From Chiloscyllium plagiosum (taxonomy: Eukaryota), in NCBI RefSeq assembly GCF_004010195.1, contig NC_057719.1, positions 50,916,913 through 50,980,912 on the forward strand: DNA of 64,000 nt, in the 5' to 3' direction. The notes beneath the pieces are model-generated. The model did not search any database and was not told the DNA's origin. It was given only the letters and a program-made list of their open reading frames with translations. Each line of letters begins with the position of its first letter. The first letter of the stretch is position 1. The position numbers were made by a program, and so were the translations under genes. Below, one piece after another: positions 63,281 through 64,000 of the stretch.

Positions 63281-63289
63281 GCAAAAGCT

Positions 63290-64000
63290 TCAATACTTAC
63301 ATAAAAACAAGTGTGCACCCCAATATGCCAATTTCATGCACAGGTTCGAACAAGACTTCTTCTGTAGGCAGGACCTCCAATCATCACTATACACCAGATA
63401 GTTACGACGTTTTCTTCCTCCGGACCCACGGCGAGGAGTCACTGAAACAACAACACAGTGATGTCAACAAGTTTCATCCCACCAAACTCTACGACGGACT
63501 ACTCTCTAGTATCAGTCTCATTCTTGGACACATGCATCAAGGATGGGCACCTCACTCTACCACAAACCCATGGATAACCTCACGATGTTGCATCTCAAGC
63601 TTCCACCCTAAATATATTAAAATAGCCATCCCCTACGGACAAGCCCTACACGGGATCTGTTCAGATGAGAAGGAATGTGACGGACACTTAGAAGTGCTCA
63701 AGGATGCCCTGAAAAGAACAGGGTACGTGCTCAACTCATTGACCACCAGTTCCGACATGCCATAGCAGGAATCGTAATGACCTCCTCAAGTGACAGACAC
63801 TATCTGTAACCGATAGGGTACCCTTCGTTGTCCAGTACTTCCCGGGAGCCAAAAACGACACCATGTTCTTTACAGCCTACAACACATTATCGGTGAGGAT
63901 GAGCACCTCACCAAGACCATCCCCATGCCTCCATTTCTCACCTTTAAAACAACCACCACACCTCAAACAGAACATTGTTCGCAGGAAACTGCCCTGCCTT
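63290..64000 (+). mobile_element. Penelope-like RT fragment, running off the window end
   Basis: Across frameshifts: YAN.FMHRFEQDFF, THGEESLKQ, SSFHPKYIKIAIPYGQAL..ICSDE and RVPFVVQYFPG. Confidence 0.85.

Noticed and set aside
63058..63765. 235-aa ORF, the longest in the track
   Set aside because: It is a chimera of a LINE tail and a frameshifted Penelope RT; only its end is in the true RT frame.

Overview
This is AT-rich eukaryotic DNA, not prokaryotic. The repeat families (HE1-type tRNA SINEs, CR1/HER1-type LINEs, Penelope-like elements) point to a shark genome. Almost every ORF in the supplied track is either a decayed transposon fragment or noise. Two real + strand exons are missed by the track: an 88-nt internal exon at 4696-4783, and a terminal coding exon at 58625-58767 ending KMSVTVPSMNEEEQSGSISTVDGDDTSGAEIF* and followed by AATAAA signals. 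Both match my recollection of the C-terminus of KIAA0586/TALPID3, so about 54 kb of the window is intronic. That interval holds a layered transposon graveyard: (1) a near full-length Gmr1-like Ty3/Gypsy LTR retrotransposon with integrase upstream of RT, inserted in a CR1 and itself interrupted by a Penelope element; (2) several Penelope-like elements with inverted arms and hammerhead-ribozyme cores, including tiny TSD-flanked ribozyme-bearing units; (3) a CpG-rich 452-bp solo LTR; (4) a second solo LTR; (5) a decayed Gypsy; (6) a two-gene PIF/Harbinger fossil; and (7) many CR1 and SINE copies. I found no convincing wholly new system. The best leads are the ribozyme mini-elements, the palindromic Penelope whose arms share non-element sequence, and possible alternative or antisense exons. 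All family and gene assignments come from motif recognition by eye; no database searches were run.
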